NCBI GenBank assembly: GCA_963762565.1
Contig: CAVXLD010000001.1
Coordinates: forward strand, 1,024,001 to 1,088,000
DNA: 64,000 nt
Reading direction: 5' to 3'
Source of the DNA: an uncultured Verrucomicrobiae bacterium
GTDB taxonomy: Bacteria; Verrucomicrobiota; Verrucomicrobiia; Chthoniobacterales; JAFAMB01
Positions 30,351 through 40,771 of this stretch are shown in pieces. The translations under genes and the position numbers were made by a program. The notes below the pieces were generated by a model, which was not told the DNA's origin, searched no databases, and saw only the letters and a list, made by a program, of their open reading frames with translations. Position 1 is the first letter of the stretch, and each line of letters opens with the position of its first letter.

Positions 30351-31325
30351 ATGGCTCGGTATTTAACTGGCATTCAACCATCAGGGATTTTGCATATCGG
30401 CAACTACTTCGGCGCACTGCGGCCGGCCGTTGAACTGCAGGAGCAAGGTGATGCGTTCTATTTCATCGCGGACTACCATGCTCTCACCAGCTTGCGGAAC
30501 CCGGAAGAGCTTCGCCAGAACGTGCTTGGTGTGGCTCTCGATTTCCTGGCTTGTGGTCTGGACCCCGACAGAGTCTGCTTCTTTCGCCAATCGGACATCC
30601 CTATCGTGACCGAGTTGACCTGGATACTGAGTACCGTGACTCCGATGGGTCTATTGGAACGGTCCCATTCCTACAAGGACAAGCTTGCCCGCGGACTTCC
30701 GGCTTCTCACGGGCTCTTTGCTTACCCGGTACTGATGGCTGCGGACATTCTACTGTACGAAAGCGATGTAGTCCCGGTTGGACAGGATCAAAAACAGCAT
30801 CTCGAAATGACGCGCGATATCGCTGCAAAATTTAATGAAACCTACGGCCAGGTTTTGAAAATCCCGGAACCCAGAATCCGTGAAGAAGTGGCGACGGTCG
30901 TCGGTCTGGACGGTCAGAAGATGAGTAAAAGCTACGGGAACACGATCGAAATTTTTGCCCCGGAAAAAGCGTTGAGAAAAAAAGTGATGGGCATCGTTAC
31001 CGACTCGACGCCAGTAGAAACGCCCAAAGACCCTTCGAATTCGATCATCCTGCAGCTATACAAGTTGTTCGCCAGCCCGGAAGAAGTCGAATCGATGACC
31101 CAAAGTTTTCGCGCCGGTGGAACCGGGTACGGAGAGTACAAGAAACAGCTTTTTGAGGTCCTTTGGAACGCTTTTGAGCCGATGCGCAAAAAGCGGGCTG
31201 AACTGGAAGCAGATCTGGGGTACGTGGAATCGGTGCTCCGACACGGAGCAGAACGCGCTTTAGTGACAGCCCAACAAACCATCGCTAAAGTCCGCACCGC
31301 GGTTGGACTTCTGAATTTTCATTAG
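30351..31325 (+). CDS. trpS: Tryptophan--tRNA ligase
   Basis: TGIQPSG, HIGN, YPVLMAAD, VPVGQDQ and KMSKS motifs. Confidence 0.97.
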   Translation: MARYLTGIQPSGILHIGNYFGALRPAVELQEQGDAFYFIADYHALTSLRNPEELRQNVLGVALDFLACGLDPDRVCFFRQSDIPIVTELTWILSTVTPMGLLERSHSYKDKLARGLPASHGLFAYPVLMAADILLYESDVVPVGQDQKQHLEMTRDIAAKFNETYGQVLKIPEPRIREEVATVVGLDGQKMSKSYGNTIEIFAPEKALRKKVMGIVTDSTPVETPKDPSNSIILQLYKLFASPEEVESMTQSFRAGGTGYGEYKKQLFEVLWNAFEPMRKKRAELEADLGYVESVLRHGAERALVTAQQTIAKVRTAVGLLNFH

Positions 31326-31520
31326 TAAATTTTCTTTCGTTCTTACACTAAATTCCTATCTTCGAGCGAATGACCGGTTACAGGGTTGCTTTCTCTAAGG
31401 CCTGTCGCGCCGTCTTGTCCGCCATAGTTCGGGAACAAGGGACGACGGAGGGAAGGCTTTGCGAAGGCGGAAAGCAAAGGGCGGTCATGGCGCCCCCGAA
31501 TTTGGCAGGAACGTGAGGTT

Positions 31521-31751
31521 ATGATTAATAGCAATACAGCACACGGCTCTAGCGATCCCCTCGCTTCGGAGAAGATTCAGGTCGATCGAAAAGTGTTCTT
31601 TCTGGATCTGAAAGAAAATCAACGCGGACGCTTTTTGAAGATTACCGAAGACGTCAGTGGCCGGCGCGACACCATTATGCTCCCCGCGAGCGCCCTTAAA
31701 GATTTTGTCAGCGCACTTAGCCGCCTAGTTGATCTGGAAGAGCGACTGTAG
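31521..31751 (+). CDS. PUR-repeat (PurA/DUF3276-like) ssDNA/RNA-binding protein
   Basis: KVFFLDLKENQRGRFLKITE...RDTIMLP PUR signature. Confidence 0.85.
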   Translation: MINSNTAHGSSDPLASEKIQVDRKVFFLDLKENQRGRFLKITEDVSGRRDTIMLPASALKDFVSALSRLVDLEERL

Positions 31752-31794
31752 TCCCCGTCAGCAGGCCAGCCCCCCGGGACGCGTGACGGTTTTA

Positions 31795-31898
31795 GTGGAC
31801 GGAGTAGACCGAGTGGACGCAGTGGACACTCGCTTCGGCTAAGGGTCGGTTCCCTGTCCACCAGGTCCACTCTGTCAACTTTGTCCACTCCGTCCACT
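31795..31898. repeat. Inverted nonamer arms (GTGGACNNA)n...(TNNGTCCAC)n
   Basis: Four gtggac-type units mirrored by five gtccac-type units. Confidence 0.75.
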
Positions 31899-31977
31899 TT
31901 GGGCTCTTAGCGACTGACCGCGGATCCCAGGCTTTCCCGGTTGAGTTTTGCCGCTCCACCGTTAACCTGCATCGCTC

Positions 31978-34900
31978 ATGCCGCGCGACACTTCTATCCG
32001 AAAAATACTCTTAATCGGCTCCGGCCCGATCGTGATCGGGCAAGGCTGCGAATTTGACTATTCCGGGGTTCAGGCTTGCAAAGCACTCTCGGAAGAAGGT
32101 TACGTGGTGGTCCTGATTAACTCGAATCCGGCGACCATCATGACGGACCCCGAGTTCGCGCACCGCACCTACATCGAACCGATCACCCCGGAAGTCGTTG
32201 AACTGATTATTAGTAAAGAGAGGCCGGATGCGCTCCTCCCTACCCTGGGAGGACAGACCGCCCTGAACACCGCGATGGCGCTCCACGGCCAAGGTGTACT
32301 CGATCGGTATAACGTCCGTTTAATCGGCGCAAACGCCGACGCTATTTCCAAAGGAGAAGACCGCCAGCTTTTTAAGGATGCAATGCTCCAGATCGGGTTA
32401 GATGTCCCGCGCTCTGGTGTCGCCCACAATCTAACCGAGGCCCAAGAAGTATCGGCGACTATTGGTGGCTTCCCTCTTATTATCCGCCCAGCGTTTACGC
32501 TCGGTGGCGCGGGAGGCGGGATCGCCTACAATCGGGAAGAGTTTGAAGAAATCGTCCATCGCGGCCTGGACCAATCCCCGGTCAAAGAGGTGTTGATCGA
32601 GGAGTCGCTTCTTGGATGGAAGGAATTTGAAATGGAGGTCATGCGTGATCGCGCGGATAACTGTGTGGTCATCTGCTCCATCGAGAATCTCGACCCGATG
32701 GGGATCCATACCGGTGATTCGATCACGGTCGCACCCGCACAGACGCTAACGGACAAAGAGTACCAGCTCATGCGCGATGCTTCCTTCGCGGTGATCCGGG
32801 CTATCGGCGTAGAAACCGGCGGTTCAAACATTCAATTCGCAGTGGATCCCAAGACCGGCCGGATGGTGGTGATCGAGATGAACCCGCGCGTCTCTCGATC
32901 TTCGGCGCTCGCATCCAAAGCCACCGGGTTTCCTATCGCAAAAATTGCAGCGAAATTGGCCGTCGGTTACACGCTGGATGAGATTCGGAACGATATCACC
33001 CGGGAGACCCCAGCCAGTTTTGAACCGGTCATCGACTATTGCGTTGTCAAAGTGCCCCGCTTCACATTCGAAAAATTTCCGCAGGCGGATCCGATTCTGA
33101 CCACCCAGATGAAGAGTGTCGGTGAAGCCATGGCGATTGGACGCACGTTCAAAGAAGCGCTCCAAAAAGCTCTGCGATCCCTGGAGATTGGCCGCTTCGG
33201 TCTGGGAGCGGACGGCAAAGATGTCGAGCCACGAACTGAGGCTGGCGATTGGGACCTTACTGAAATCCAACGCAAATTGGTGAGCGCATCCTGGGACAGG
33301 ATCTTCTACGTTCGATGGGCTTTCTTGGCAGGTCTGGATACCGCTAAAATACATAGCCTTACCAGAATCGACCCGTGGTTTCTGGAAAACATCTATCAGA
33401 TCGTTGCGGCCGAGGACCAAATCAGATCGGGCAAGTTAAACCTCCACAAAGCCAAGCGCCTCGGATTCTCTGATCGCCAAATCGCCTTCCTTACGGGTCG
33501 GTCTGAGACCGATGTCCGCGAGGCACGAATCAAGCAAGGGATCACGCCTACCTATCGTTTGGTGGATACCTGTGCCGCCGAATTCGAAGCTTATACTCCG
33601 TACTACTATTCGACCTATGGCGAGGAAAATGAGTTGCGGCCCACCGATCGTCGCCGGATCCTGATCCTGGGCGGTGGCCCAAATCGTATCGGCCAAGGAA
33701 TCGAGTTCGACTATTGCTGCGTGCACGCTGCCTTCGCTTTGAAGGAAGAAGGTTTCGAGACAGTTATGGCCAACTCAAATCCGGAGACTGTCTCGACCGA
33801 CTACGATACCAGCGACATGCTTTTCTTCGAGCCACTCACTCTTGAAGACGTGCTGGCCATTTATCGCGCCCTCGATTGCTGGGGCGCTATCGTCCAATTC
33901 GGAGGACAAACCCCACTGAACCTCGCCGCCGCCTTACAAGCCAACGGCGTTAATATCATCGGGACTCAACCACAAAACATCGAAGTGGCCGAAGATCGCA
34001 AGCATTTCTCTGCCATGCTCCGACGCCTCGGCCTCAACCAACCGCCGAGTGGAACGGCAACCGATGAAACCGAGGCCGTTAAGGTAGCTCGCGTGATCGG
34101 ATATCCGGTTTTGGTGCGGCCTTCTTTTGTGTTAGGCGGACGAGCAATGGAGATAGTCTACGGAGAAGACGATCTGCGTCGTTATATTCGCACGGCGGTC
34201 GAAGCGAGCCCGGAGCGACCCGTATTGGTAGACCGGTTTTTGGAGGACGCCATTGAGGTCGATGTCGATTGTATCGCGGACGGCGAGACCGTGGTGATTG
34301 GCGCGATCATGCAGCACATCGAACAGGCTGGGATTCACAGCGGAGATAGTGCCTGCGTCATACCTGCATTCTCGCTCTCTTGCCAAGTGCTCACTGCCAT
34401 CGAGGGCGCAACCAAGGCCATGGCTAAGGAACTGGAAGTCCGCGGCTTGATGAATGTGCAGTTCGCGGTCAAAGCGGAAGAGGTCTATGTATTGGAAGTT
34501 AATCCCAGAGCTTCGCGGACTGTACCATTTGTCAGCAAAGCCATCGGTGTACCGCTCGCTAAACTGGCGGCAAAAGTGATGGCCGGCAAAACCTTGGCCG
34601 AGCTCGGGTTCACCAAAGAGATCATCCCCAAACATTTTTCCGTCAAAGAAGCGGTGTTTCCCTTTATCCGCTTCCCCGGGATCGATATTATCCTGGGGCC
34701 GGAAATGAAAGCGACCGGGGAAGTGATGGGGATCGCTGACGATCTAGGGGTCGCATACGCCAAGTCGCAGATGGCCGCGCAGCCACCGCTGCCTGAAAAG
34801 GGTAACCTCTTCGTGAGTGTGAAAGATAACGACAAACCGGAGATCGTGCCGCTAGCCAAAGAATTGGTGGAGCTTGGGTTCCAACTTTTTGCCACAGCCG

Positions 34901-35199
34901 GAACCGCAGTCGCCATCGCGGCAGCCGGCATTCCGGTTCGCCATCTGTTCAAGATTTCTGAAGGCCGTCCACATGTGCTCGATCTGATGAAGAACGGAGA
35001 CATCGATCTGATCATCAACACACCGAGCGGGAAGACCCCAAGAAAAGATGAGATTAGAATTCGTAGTCTGGCGGTCGCTAACCGGATCCCGATTTTGACC
35101 ACCATTAGTGCGGTTGAGGCTAGTATCCGGGCAATTCGCGGCATCAAAACTAAGGGCATTAACGTCCGTTCACTGCAGGAATATCACGCCGATGCGTAG
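31978..35199 (+). CDS. carB: Carbamoyl-phosphate synthase large subunit
   Basis: [26 protein letters not shown], a duplicated [15 protein letters not shown] and a C-terminal MGS domain. Confidence 0.98.
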   Translation: MPRDTSIRKILLIGSGPIVIGQGCEFDYSGVQACKALSEEGYVVVLINSNPATIMTDPEFAHRTYIEPITPEVVELIISKERPDALLPTLGGQTALNTAMALHGQGVLDRYNVRLIGANADAISKGEDRQLFKDAMLQIGLDVPRSGVAHNLTEAQEVSATIGGFPLIIRPAFTLGGAGGGIAYNREEFEEIVHRGLDQSPVKEVLIEESLLGWKEFEMEVMRDRADNCVVICSIENLDPMGIHTGDSITVAPAQTLTDKEYQLMRDASFAVIRAIGVETGGSNIQFAVDPKTGRMVVIEMNPRVSRSSALASKATGFPIAKIAAKLAVGYTLDEIRNDITRETPASFEPVIDYCVVKVPRFTFEKFPQADPILTTQMKSVGEAMAIGRTFKEALQKALRSLEIGRFGLGADGKDVEPRTEAGDWDLTEIQRKLVSASWDRIFYVRWAFLAGLDTAKIHSLTRIDPWFLENIYQIVAAEDQIRSGKLNLHKAKRLGFSDRQIAFLTGRSETDVREARIKQGITPTYRLVDTCAAEFEAYTPYYYSTYGEENELRPTDRRRILILGGGPNRIGQGIEFDYCCVHAAFALKEEGFETVMANSNPETVSTDYDTSDMLFFEPLTLEDVLAIYRALDCWGAIVQFGGQTPLNLAAALQANGVNIIGTQPQNIEVAEDRKHFSAMLRRLGLNQPPSGTATDETEAVKVARVIGYPVLVRPSFVLGGRAMEIVYGEDDLRRYIRTAVEASPERPVLVDRFLEDAIEVDVDCIADGETVVIGAIMQHIEQAGIHSGDSACVIPAFSLSCQVLTAIEGATKAMAKELEVRGLMNVQFAVKAEEVYVLEVNPRASRTVPFVSKAIGVPLAKLAAKVMAGKTLAELGFTKEIIPKHFSVKEAVFPFIRFPGIDIILGPEMKATGEVMGIADDLGVAYAKSQMAAQPPLPEKGNLFVSVKDNDKPEIVPLAKELVELGFQLFATAGTAVAIAAAGIPVRHLFKISEGRPHVLDLMKNGDIDLIINTPSGKTPRKDEIRIRSLAVANRIPILTTISAVEASIRAIRGIKTKGINVRSLQEYHADA

Positions 35200-36064
35200 C
35201 ATGACCGGATACGGTCGGGGACGAACCGCCAGTGACGAATGCAAGATAGTGGTAGAACTGCAGGCGCTGAATAAACGCCAGACCGAGATCGTACTTAGCT
35301 TACCGGCAGCGTTTTCCTCGCTGGAGACCGATCTTAGGGCAGCCATCGACCGGAAGATTCATCGTGGCAGAATCAACGCTAACATCTCCGCGCAATTCAT
35401 CAGCAGCGAGCTCGCTCCCAACTTGAATAGGCAACTAGCCAAGGCCTACCTGGAAACATTTATTACAGTTCAAAAAGAGCTGGGTTTATCAGGAGAGATC
35501 AGCATCGATACGGTGTTGCGCGCTCCGGGGGTCCTGGACACACCACAGCAACGGCAATTGAAAGCCGCGACTCGCCAGGCCGTTCTGGCGGCCCTGGAAA
35601 TCGCTCTCCAACAGTTGCTGGTCATGCGGGCAAAGGAAGGTGCTCATCTACTACGAGACCTGACCCGACGCATAAAAACTCTCCGCGCCAATCTCGATAA
35701 AATTCGGAAACTACAACCGCGGGCAGCTGAACGATTCCGAAATTCCTTACGAGACCGAGTAAAGGCGCACGGAGTGGACATTCCACTCGACGACGACCGT
35801 TTAGCTAAGGAAGTCGCCTTTTTCGCTGAACGTTCCGATTTTTCCGAAGAAGTATCGCGGCTGGAGTCTCATATCACTCAATTCTTAGGTACTGCCAATT
35901 CCGATGACGCCATCGGCCGGACCCTGGAATTCCTCTGCCAAGAAATCGGTCGGGAACTCAACACCCTGAGCGCCAAAGCCAACGACGCCGAAATCTCTCA
36001 GCTGGTTGTCCACTCGAAAGCCGAATTGGAAAAGATCAGGGAACAGGTGTCTAACGCGGAGTAG
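35192..36064 (+). CDS. YicC/YloC family endoribonuclease
   Basis: [34 protein letters not shown] and EKIREQ motifs. Confidence 0.92.
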   Translation: MRSMTGYGRGRTASDECKIVVELQALNKRQTEIVLSLPAAFSSLETDLRAAIDRKIHRGRINANISAQFISSELAPNLNRQLAKAYLETFITVQKELGLSGEISIDTVLRAPGVLDTPQQRQLKAATRQAVLAALEIALQQLLVMRAKEGAHLLRDLTRRIKTLRANLDKIRKLQPRAAERFRNSLRDRVKAHGVDIPLDDDRLAKEVAFFAERSDFSEEVSRLESHITQFLGTANSDDAIGRTLEFLCQEIGRELNTLSAKANDAEISQLVVHSKAELEKIREQVSNAE

Positions 36065-36072
36065 TCCAAGAC

Positions 36073-36309
36073 CTGGAGGGGAGCCGCTTTGTAGGTTGCT
36101 AGTTCTGCAAGCAGGCAGCAGGCGGCTCCCGGGAACGTTCTATCAAGCCCGCCTGTTCTATCCGCCTCCAGATATTCTTCTTTCTACCCTCGCAAGCCAG
36201 GGGCGATTCCACGCGCTGGATCGTTCGCGGGAGCCGCCTGTCTGCCCCGAAGGCTTTCGGTGGCAAGCAACTGATAGACTTGCCATGCTACAAAGCGGCT
36301 CCCCTCCAG
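36073..36309. repeat. Family C palindromic element
   Basis: ctggaggggagccgctttgtag ... ctacaaagcggctcccctccag. Confidence 0.85.
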
Positions 36310-36441
36310 TCCAGGGGGCGATCAACTTCAATTTGCCGCGCCGTACGCAACGTACGATCTTAGGACTACGCCTGATTCGCGCGATACTAACCACGACCTT
36401 TGACTACTAGCTCCTAGATTCTAGCTCCTAGCTCCTCTCTC

Positions 36442-36978
36442 ATGACCATCGTCCTTGGCATCACCGCTTCAATCGCTGCTTACAAAGCTGCTGATCTCGC
36501 TAGCCAACTTCGTAAGGCGGAATGCGAAGTGCATGTCGTGATGACACACGGGGCGACTAAATTTATTACGCCTCTTACCCTTCAGACCCTTTCTCGAAAT
36601 CCCGTAACCACCGACATCTTTGATGAGAAGGCCGGCTGGCAGCCAGGCCACATCGAGTTAGCCGATCGGGCCGATCTGTTGCTAATCGCTCCAGCCTCCG
36701 CGGATATCTTGGCTAAACTCGCTTACGGATTCGCTGATGAAGCTCTGACCGCCATCGCTTTGGCGACCAAAGCCCCGGTGCTGCTAGCGCCGGCAATGAA
36801 CGGAAAGATGTGGTTGCATCCGGCCACTCAAAATAACGTGGCGCTGCTGCGCAGCCGCGGCGTCGAATTCATCGGACCGGAAGAAGGAATGTTAGCGTGC
36901 GGCTACGAAGGCATCGGCCGCCTTTGGCCGGTCCAAGAAATCGTGGACAAAGCGCTAGCCATGCTGAAAAGCCGATAG
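36442..36978 (+). CDS. coaC: Phosphopantothenoylcysteine decarboxylase (stand-alone CoaC domain)
   Basis: GITASIAAYK, HIELA, APAMN and LACGYEGIGRL motifs; no CoaB domain. Confidence 0.88.
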   Translation: MTIVLGITASIAAYKAADLASQLRKAECEVHVVMTHGATKFITPLTLQTLSRNPVTTDIFDEKAGWQPGHIELADRADLLLIAPASADILAKLAYGFADEALTAIALATKAPVLLAPAMNGKMWLHPATQNNVALLRSRGVEFIGPEEGMLACGYEGIGRLWPVQEIVDKALAMLKSR

Positions 36979-36986
36979 GGAAATTT

Positions 36987-37104
36987 GGTGGGGCGAGGCT
37001 CCCGAACGTCGAAAACCGCTTCGCAAAGGATTTCGGCTTTCTCCTTAGACATAGCATGCCACACCGTTGCGCCCGCCGAGCCGGTCCCAGCGCCTCGCCC
37101 TACC
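36987..37104. repeat. Family A element
   Basis: ggtggggcgaggctcccgaacgtcga ... gcctcgccctacc. Confidence 0.8.
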
Positions 37105-37123
37105 AACCTCCCCATCATGCCCC

Positions 37124-38764
37124 CTACTTCCACTGCTCCTTCAGTTTCGCTTCCTCGGCTGCTCGATCTCGGTCAGCGCGCGCCTTCTTTAGGCGCCATT
37201 CCGCCAGCCGGTACTTCCATTGTTCGCGGATTGCCCCTGAAGAATTTCTGATTTGGGATTCGATACTCTGTCTCTCAAGATTCAAGGCCTCGTCGTTCGC
37301 TTTCAGCTGCGAATCCAAAAGCTGAAACGCTTCTTTTTTGCTTTTCGCTTGTTCGGCTTGAGGTGAAGCCGAAGAAGAAGGGGTAACGGCTGCGCTCGCT
37401 CTCTTTGTAGCGACTACCGAGCGGCTCAACGTCCGCACCGGCTTCGGTTGTTCATGAACCGGAGTTGGCAATGGACTTTGTTCCGCGTTAGCCGGCGGAA
37501 TCATTGGTTTTTCTTCCGAACCGCTAGCCGATGTTTCAGGTGTCGGCGATGGCAGAGATGGGTTCCCGCTACTCTGGTTCGACTCCGGGGCAGGCGTCGA
37601 CGCCGGCGACGGGGTCGGTGCCGGTGTTGACCGAGACGCTAACTGAACAGGGTGCGGTGTGCCAGTCGGAGGATTCGGGGTGTTGACCGGAGTTGCCGGC
37701 GTGACGCTCGCACTATTCGCGGGTGTCGGCGCGGGCGATCCGCCGGAGTTTGAAACCGGTGCAACTTCACCAATCATTGGTCCGAAGTTGATTTGCACGC
37801 TGGCACGTTGGCCTTCCATCAGGTCCACTCTTCTGGTTTTGTCAGGCGCATTCGGTGCACTCAAGAGAAGCTTGTGATTACCGGGTGCGAGAAAAAGCTG
37901 CGCCGGCGGGTGTCCGTAGTCGACGCCATCTACGATTAGGACCGCATCGGTGCGGTCACTGCTGGCCAGTAAAGTCCCGTAAGAATGTTTGAAGTGAAAC
38001 GAGACTACCCTTTCTGCGTCGGGTACCAAGGTTTGCACCACGGGGACAAGCGTGCCGAAACGAGACGTCACTTCTACCGGCTCGGTCGGCAGATTTGCTG
38101 TCAGTGGCGCAGTACCCAGTTTCGATCCGCCGACAAGGATTGTTGCCCCGGCTGGATCACTGGTCAGTTCAACACTTCCGCCTTTGAACTTGCGACTGAC
38201 CTCAATTGGCTCACCGGAGTTGATGTCGACCGACTGCGCATATTCAGGCCAGCCCGGCTGAATCAGTTTAACGCCGTATCGTCCTAACGGCAGGTTCTCG
38301 ATCGTGTCCGGCGTAAGGCCAGCAATGGTTTTCTTGTCCGGTCCAACCACTAGATAAGAAACGCGGGGCGGGTCAGTGACCAGCCTGAGTTTCCCCAATA
38401 GCTTTGCAAGTGAGCGAACCCCTAAATCGACGAAGGCGCCTGTCCGGATCGTGAGCTCGATCGGGCAGGATTGATATCCGGGCGCGGTTATTTCAATAAC
38501 TTGGTCGCCCAATGGTAAGACGTACCGCTGCAAAGGAGTGTGACCAAGTTCGCGACCTTTCCAACGAACGATCGCATCGCTAGGCACCGAAGATACTGAA
38601 AAGGAACCAGTAGCAGATTGCGTCTGCCAGAATGTGAAGATCCACTGCGACAATTCGAATCCGAAAAAACAAAGAGCAACAATGGCGAGAATGCCAAATA
38701 GGAACGTCCATTTCTTGCGCGCCGTCCTCGTTCGTTCGCTTTTCACGCACCCGTCCTCCTCCAA
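37124..38764 (-). CDS. PEGA domain membrane-anchored protein
   Basis: N-terminal TM, repeated SxPxGA...G.TP PEGA motifs, a P/S/T-rich linker and a C-terminal coiled coil. Confidence 0.8.
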   Translation of the reverse strand: MEEDGCVKSERTRTARKKWTFLFGILAIVALCFFGFELSQWIFTFWQTQSATGSFSVSSVPSDAIVRWKGRELGHTPLQRYVLPLGDQVIEITAPGYQSCPIELTIRTGAFVDLGVRSLAKLLGKLRLVTDPPRVSYLVVGPDKKTIAGLTPDTIENLPLGRYGVKLIQPGWPEYAQSVDINSGEPIEVSRKFKGGSVELTSDPAGATILVGGSKLGTAPLTANLPTEPVEVTSRFGTLVPVVQTLVPDAERVVSFHFKHSYGTLLASSDRTDAVLIVDGVDYGHPPAQLFLAPGNHKLLLSAPNAPDKTRRVDLMEGQRASVQINFGPMIGEVAPVSNSGGSPAPTPANSASVTPATPVNTPNPPTGTPHPVQLASRSTPAPTPSPASTPAPESNQSSGNPSLPSPTPETSASGSEEKPMIPPANAEQSPLPTPVHEQPKPVRTLSRSVVATKRASAAVTPSSSASPQAEQAKSKKEAFQLLDSQLKANDEALNLERQSIESQIRNSSGAIREQWKYRLAEWRLKKARADRDRAAEEAKLKEQWK

Positions 38765-38800
38765 TAGATTGTTTTGCGAGCTCTCTTCGAGAGCCTCCTA

Positions 38801-38840
38801 AGCAAACAAAATAGGAGGAGATTTTCAATCTCCTCCTATT
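38801..38840 (-). terminator. Rho-independent terminator of the PAKK microprotein gene
   Basis: 14-bp perfect stem aataggaggagatt/aatctcctcctatt, followed on the minus strand by ttgtttgct. Confidence 0.85.
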
Positions 38841-38862
38841 CACACGAGATGTTAGATTATAG

Positions 38863-38970
38863 TTACTTCTTAGCAGCTGCTTTCTTGGCAGGCGCCTTCT
38901 TTGCGACCTTTTTCGCAGGAGCCTTCTTTGCAGGAGCCGCTTTCTTGGCCGGAGCTTTCTTAGCTGGCAT
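38863..38970 (-). CDS. 35-aa Lys/Ala/Pro histone-H1-tail-like microprotein
   Basis: MPAKKAPAKKAAPAKKAPAKKVAKKAPAKKAAAKK; strong SD (GAAAGGGGGG), synonymous variation between repeats and its own terminator; too short for the ORF track. Confidence 0.85.
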   Translation of the reverse strand: MPAKKAPAKKAAPAKKAPAKKVAKKAPAKKAAAKK

Positions 38971-39309
38971 CAGTTATCCCCCCTTTCATTCCGCAGTTGC
39001 GGAGGATAAGAAATTCACAACTCGCTTGACTAACGAACAATCGCTTAATCGTCAATCAGAAATTGATAGATCACGCGAATTTTTGCGCGATGAGTTTGAG
39101 CAAAACAAGGGCGCAACAGAACCGATTTGCGCTTTCCGAGTCACCCGCCAAGAACGGCATCGGCCCGCGAAGCCGCTCCAGCACTCGATCTACAAGCTGT
39201 CCAATCGCGCAAATCGATGTAGCCGGAATCGTTGACGATTCCGGTTTTGAGGAAATGCATGCAATTCCTTCGTCTTCGCATCAAAGTATCGAACTTCTTA
39301 GCAAACACG

Positions 39310-40083
39310 ATGAACACCTATCTTCGCGCTGCCATCGATGCGGCTAAAGCCGCCGGCTCTTTGATCCGAGAAAACTTCATGCAACCTCTTCAGGTCAATG
39401 CTGCGGAAGCGCACGACCTCAAATTGGAGCTGGATGTGCGGGCCCAGGAAGTGATCACCAAGTCGTTGTTACGCGAATTCCCTAATACCAGCGTACTCGG
39501 CGAAGAGGGATCTGCCGAGACAACCAACTCCGAAGGAGATTGGATTGTCGATCCCATCGATGGAACCGTGAACTTCTTCTATAGCATTCCGCATTTCTCA
39601 GTCTCGATTGCATTTCGACGAGCTCAGCAGATCGAGATCGGAGTCATTTATGATCCCATCAAAGATGAACTGTGGCGAGCCATCCGCGGAGAACCGGCTT
39701 ACTTGAATGACAGCTTAATTCAGGTCAGCAAACGGACCTCGATCGGTGAGTCGATACTGTCAGTCGGTTTCTCAAAAACGCCGGCTGCTATCGACCTAGG
39801 ACTCAAGAGCTTCAGCGTCTTAGTAACCAAAGCCCGCAAATGCCGAATGATGGGAAGCGCCGCTCTAGATCTCGCTTACGTGGCCAGCGGACGCTTCGAC
39901 GCCTATATAGAACAAAGCGTCAATCTTTGGGATATTGCCGCGGGTTGGTTGCTGGTCGAATCCGCTGGCGGTCAGGTCTCCGTTAAACCCAGTCCACTCG
40001 ATGAAAAGAAAATTGCGGTGATCGCTTGGAACGGAAACATTGATCTGAACGAGCTCCAAGGCTCTCTTCCAAAAACAACTTAA
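39310..40083 (+). CDS. Inositol monophosphatase family protein (SuhB-like)
   Basis: GEE, DPIDGTVNF, GSAALDLAYVA and WDIAAG motifs. Confidence 0.92.
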   Translation: MNTYLRAAIDAAKAAGSLIRENFMQPLQVNAAEAHDLKLELDVRAQEVITKSLLREFPNTSVLGEEGSAETTNSEGDWIVDPIDGTVNFFYSIPHFSVSIAFRRAQQIEIGVIYDPIKDELWRAIRGEPAYLNDSLIQVSKRTSIGESILSVGFSKTPAAIDLGLKSFSVLVTKARKCRMMGSAALDLAYVASGRFDAYIEQSVNLWDIAAGWLLVESAGGQVSVKPSPLDEKKIAVIAWNGNIDLNELQGSLPKTT

Positions 40084-40085
40084 TT

Positions 40086-40601
40086 ATGGTCCGCAGCGGT
40101 ATTGGTTACGACATTCATCGACTGGTCGAAGGCCGAAAGCTGGTTTTAGGCGGAGTCGACATCCCTCATACCCACGGTTTAGACGGGCATTCAGATGCTG
40201 ATGTCTTAACGCACGCGATCGCGGACGCGCTGCTCGGCGCTGCCGGCGACAGAGATATCGGTCATCACTTTCCGAATTCGGATGAATCGATAAAGGGAAT
40301 CGATAGCCAGGAAATACTTCGGCGAGTGCAGGCTATTTTGACGGGAAAGAGCTTTGCCATCGTCAACATTGATTCCTCGCTCATCGCGGAAGAGCCCAAG
40401 ATCGGTCCACACATATCCGCGATGCGCGAACGCTTATCTCGGACTCTAAACATTCCGGCCGATCGCATTGGGATCAAAGCAACCACTAACGAAGGCCTGG
40501 GCTTTATCGGACGCGGTGAAGGGATCGCCGCGATGGCCATCGCCACATTAGAAAAGATAGAAGCGCGTTTCCCGGCAGACGCCCCGCGCGCTGTCGCGTG
40601 A
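40086..40601 (+). CDS. ispF: 2-C-methyl-D-erythritol 2,4-cyclodiphosphate synthase
   Basis: GYDIH, HSDADV, DIGHHF and KATTNE motifs. Confidence 0.96.
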   Translation: MVRSGIGYDIHRLVEGRKLVLGGVDIPHTHGLDGHSDADVLTHAIADALLGAAGDRDIGHHFPNSDESIKGIDSQEILRRVQAILTGKSFAIVNIDSSLIAEEPKIGPHISAMRERLSRTLNIPADRIGIKATTNEGLGFIGRGEGIAAMAIATLEKIEARFPADAPRAVA

Positions 40602-40761
40602 GAAGTGAGAGGTGAGAGGTGAGAAGCCAGATGAGCGTGGCAAGTGATCGACAATTAATGATTGCTGAAAGGCCGAGACCGTGAATTTCTTTCAAACCAC
40701 AACTGATGCCGCCACCCCCCTGGCGCCAATCACGTCTCACGTCTCACCTCTCACTTCTCAC
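40598..40761. repeat. Inverted heptamer arms (GTGAGAR)n...(YTCTCAC)n
   Basis: Read directly; solo arm at ~810 and a related pair at 57437/57820. Confidence 0.85.
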
Positions 40762-40771
40762 ACTTCCAAGT

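Noticed and set aside
38774..39235. 153-aa plus-strand ORF with FLAGAF repeats
   Set aside because: Antisense shadow of the PAKK microprotein; the SD and terminator are on the minus strand.
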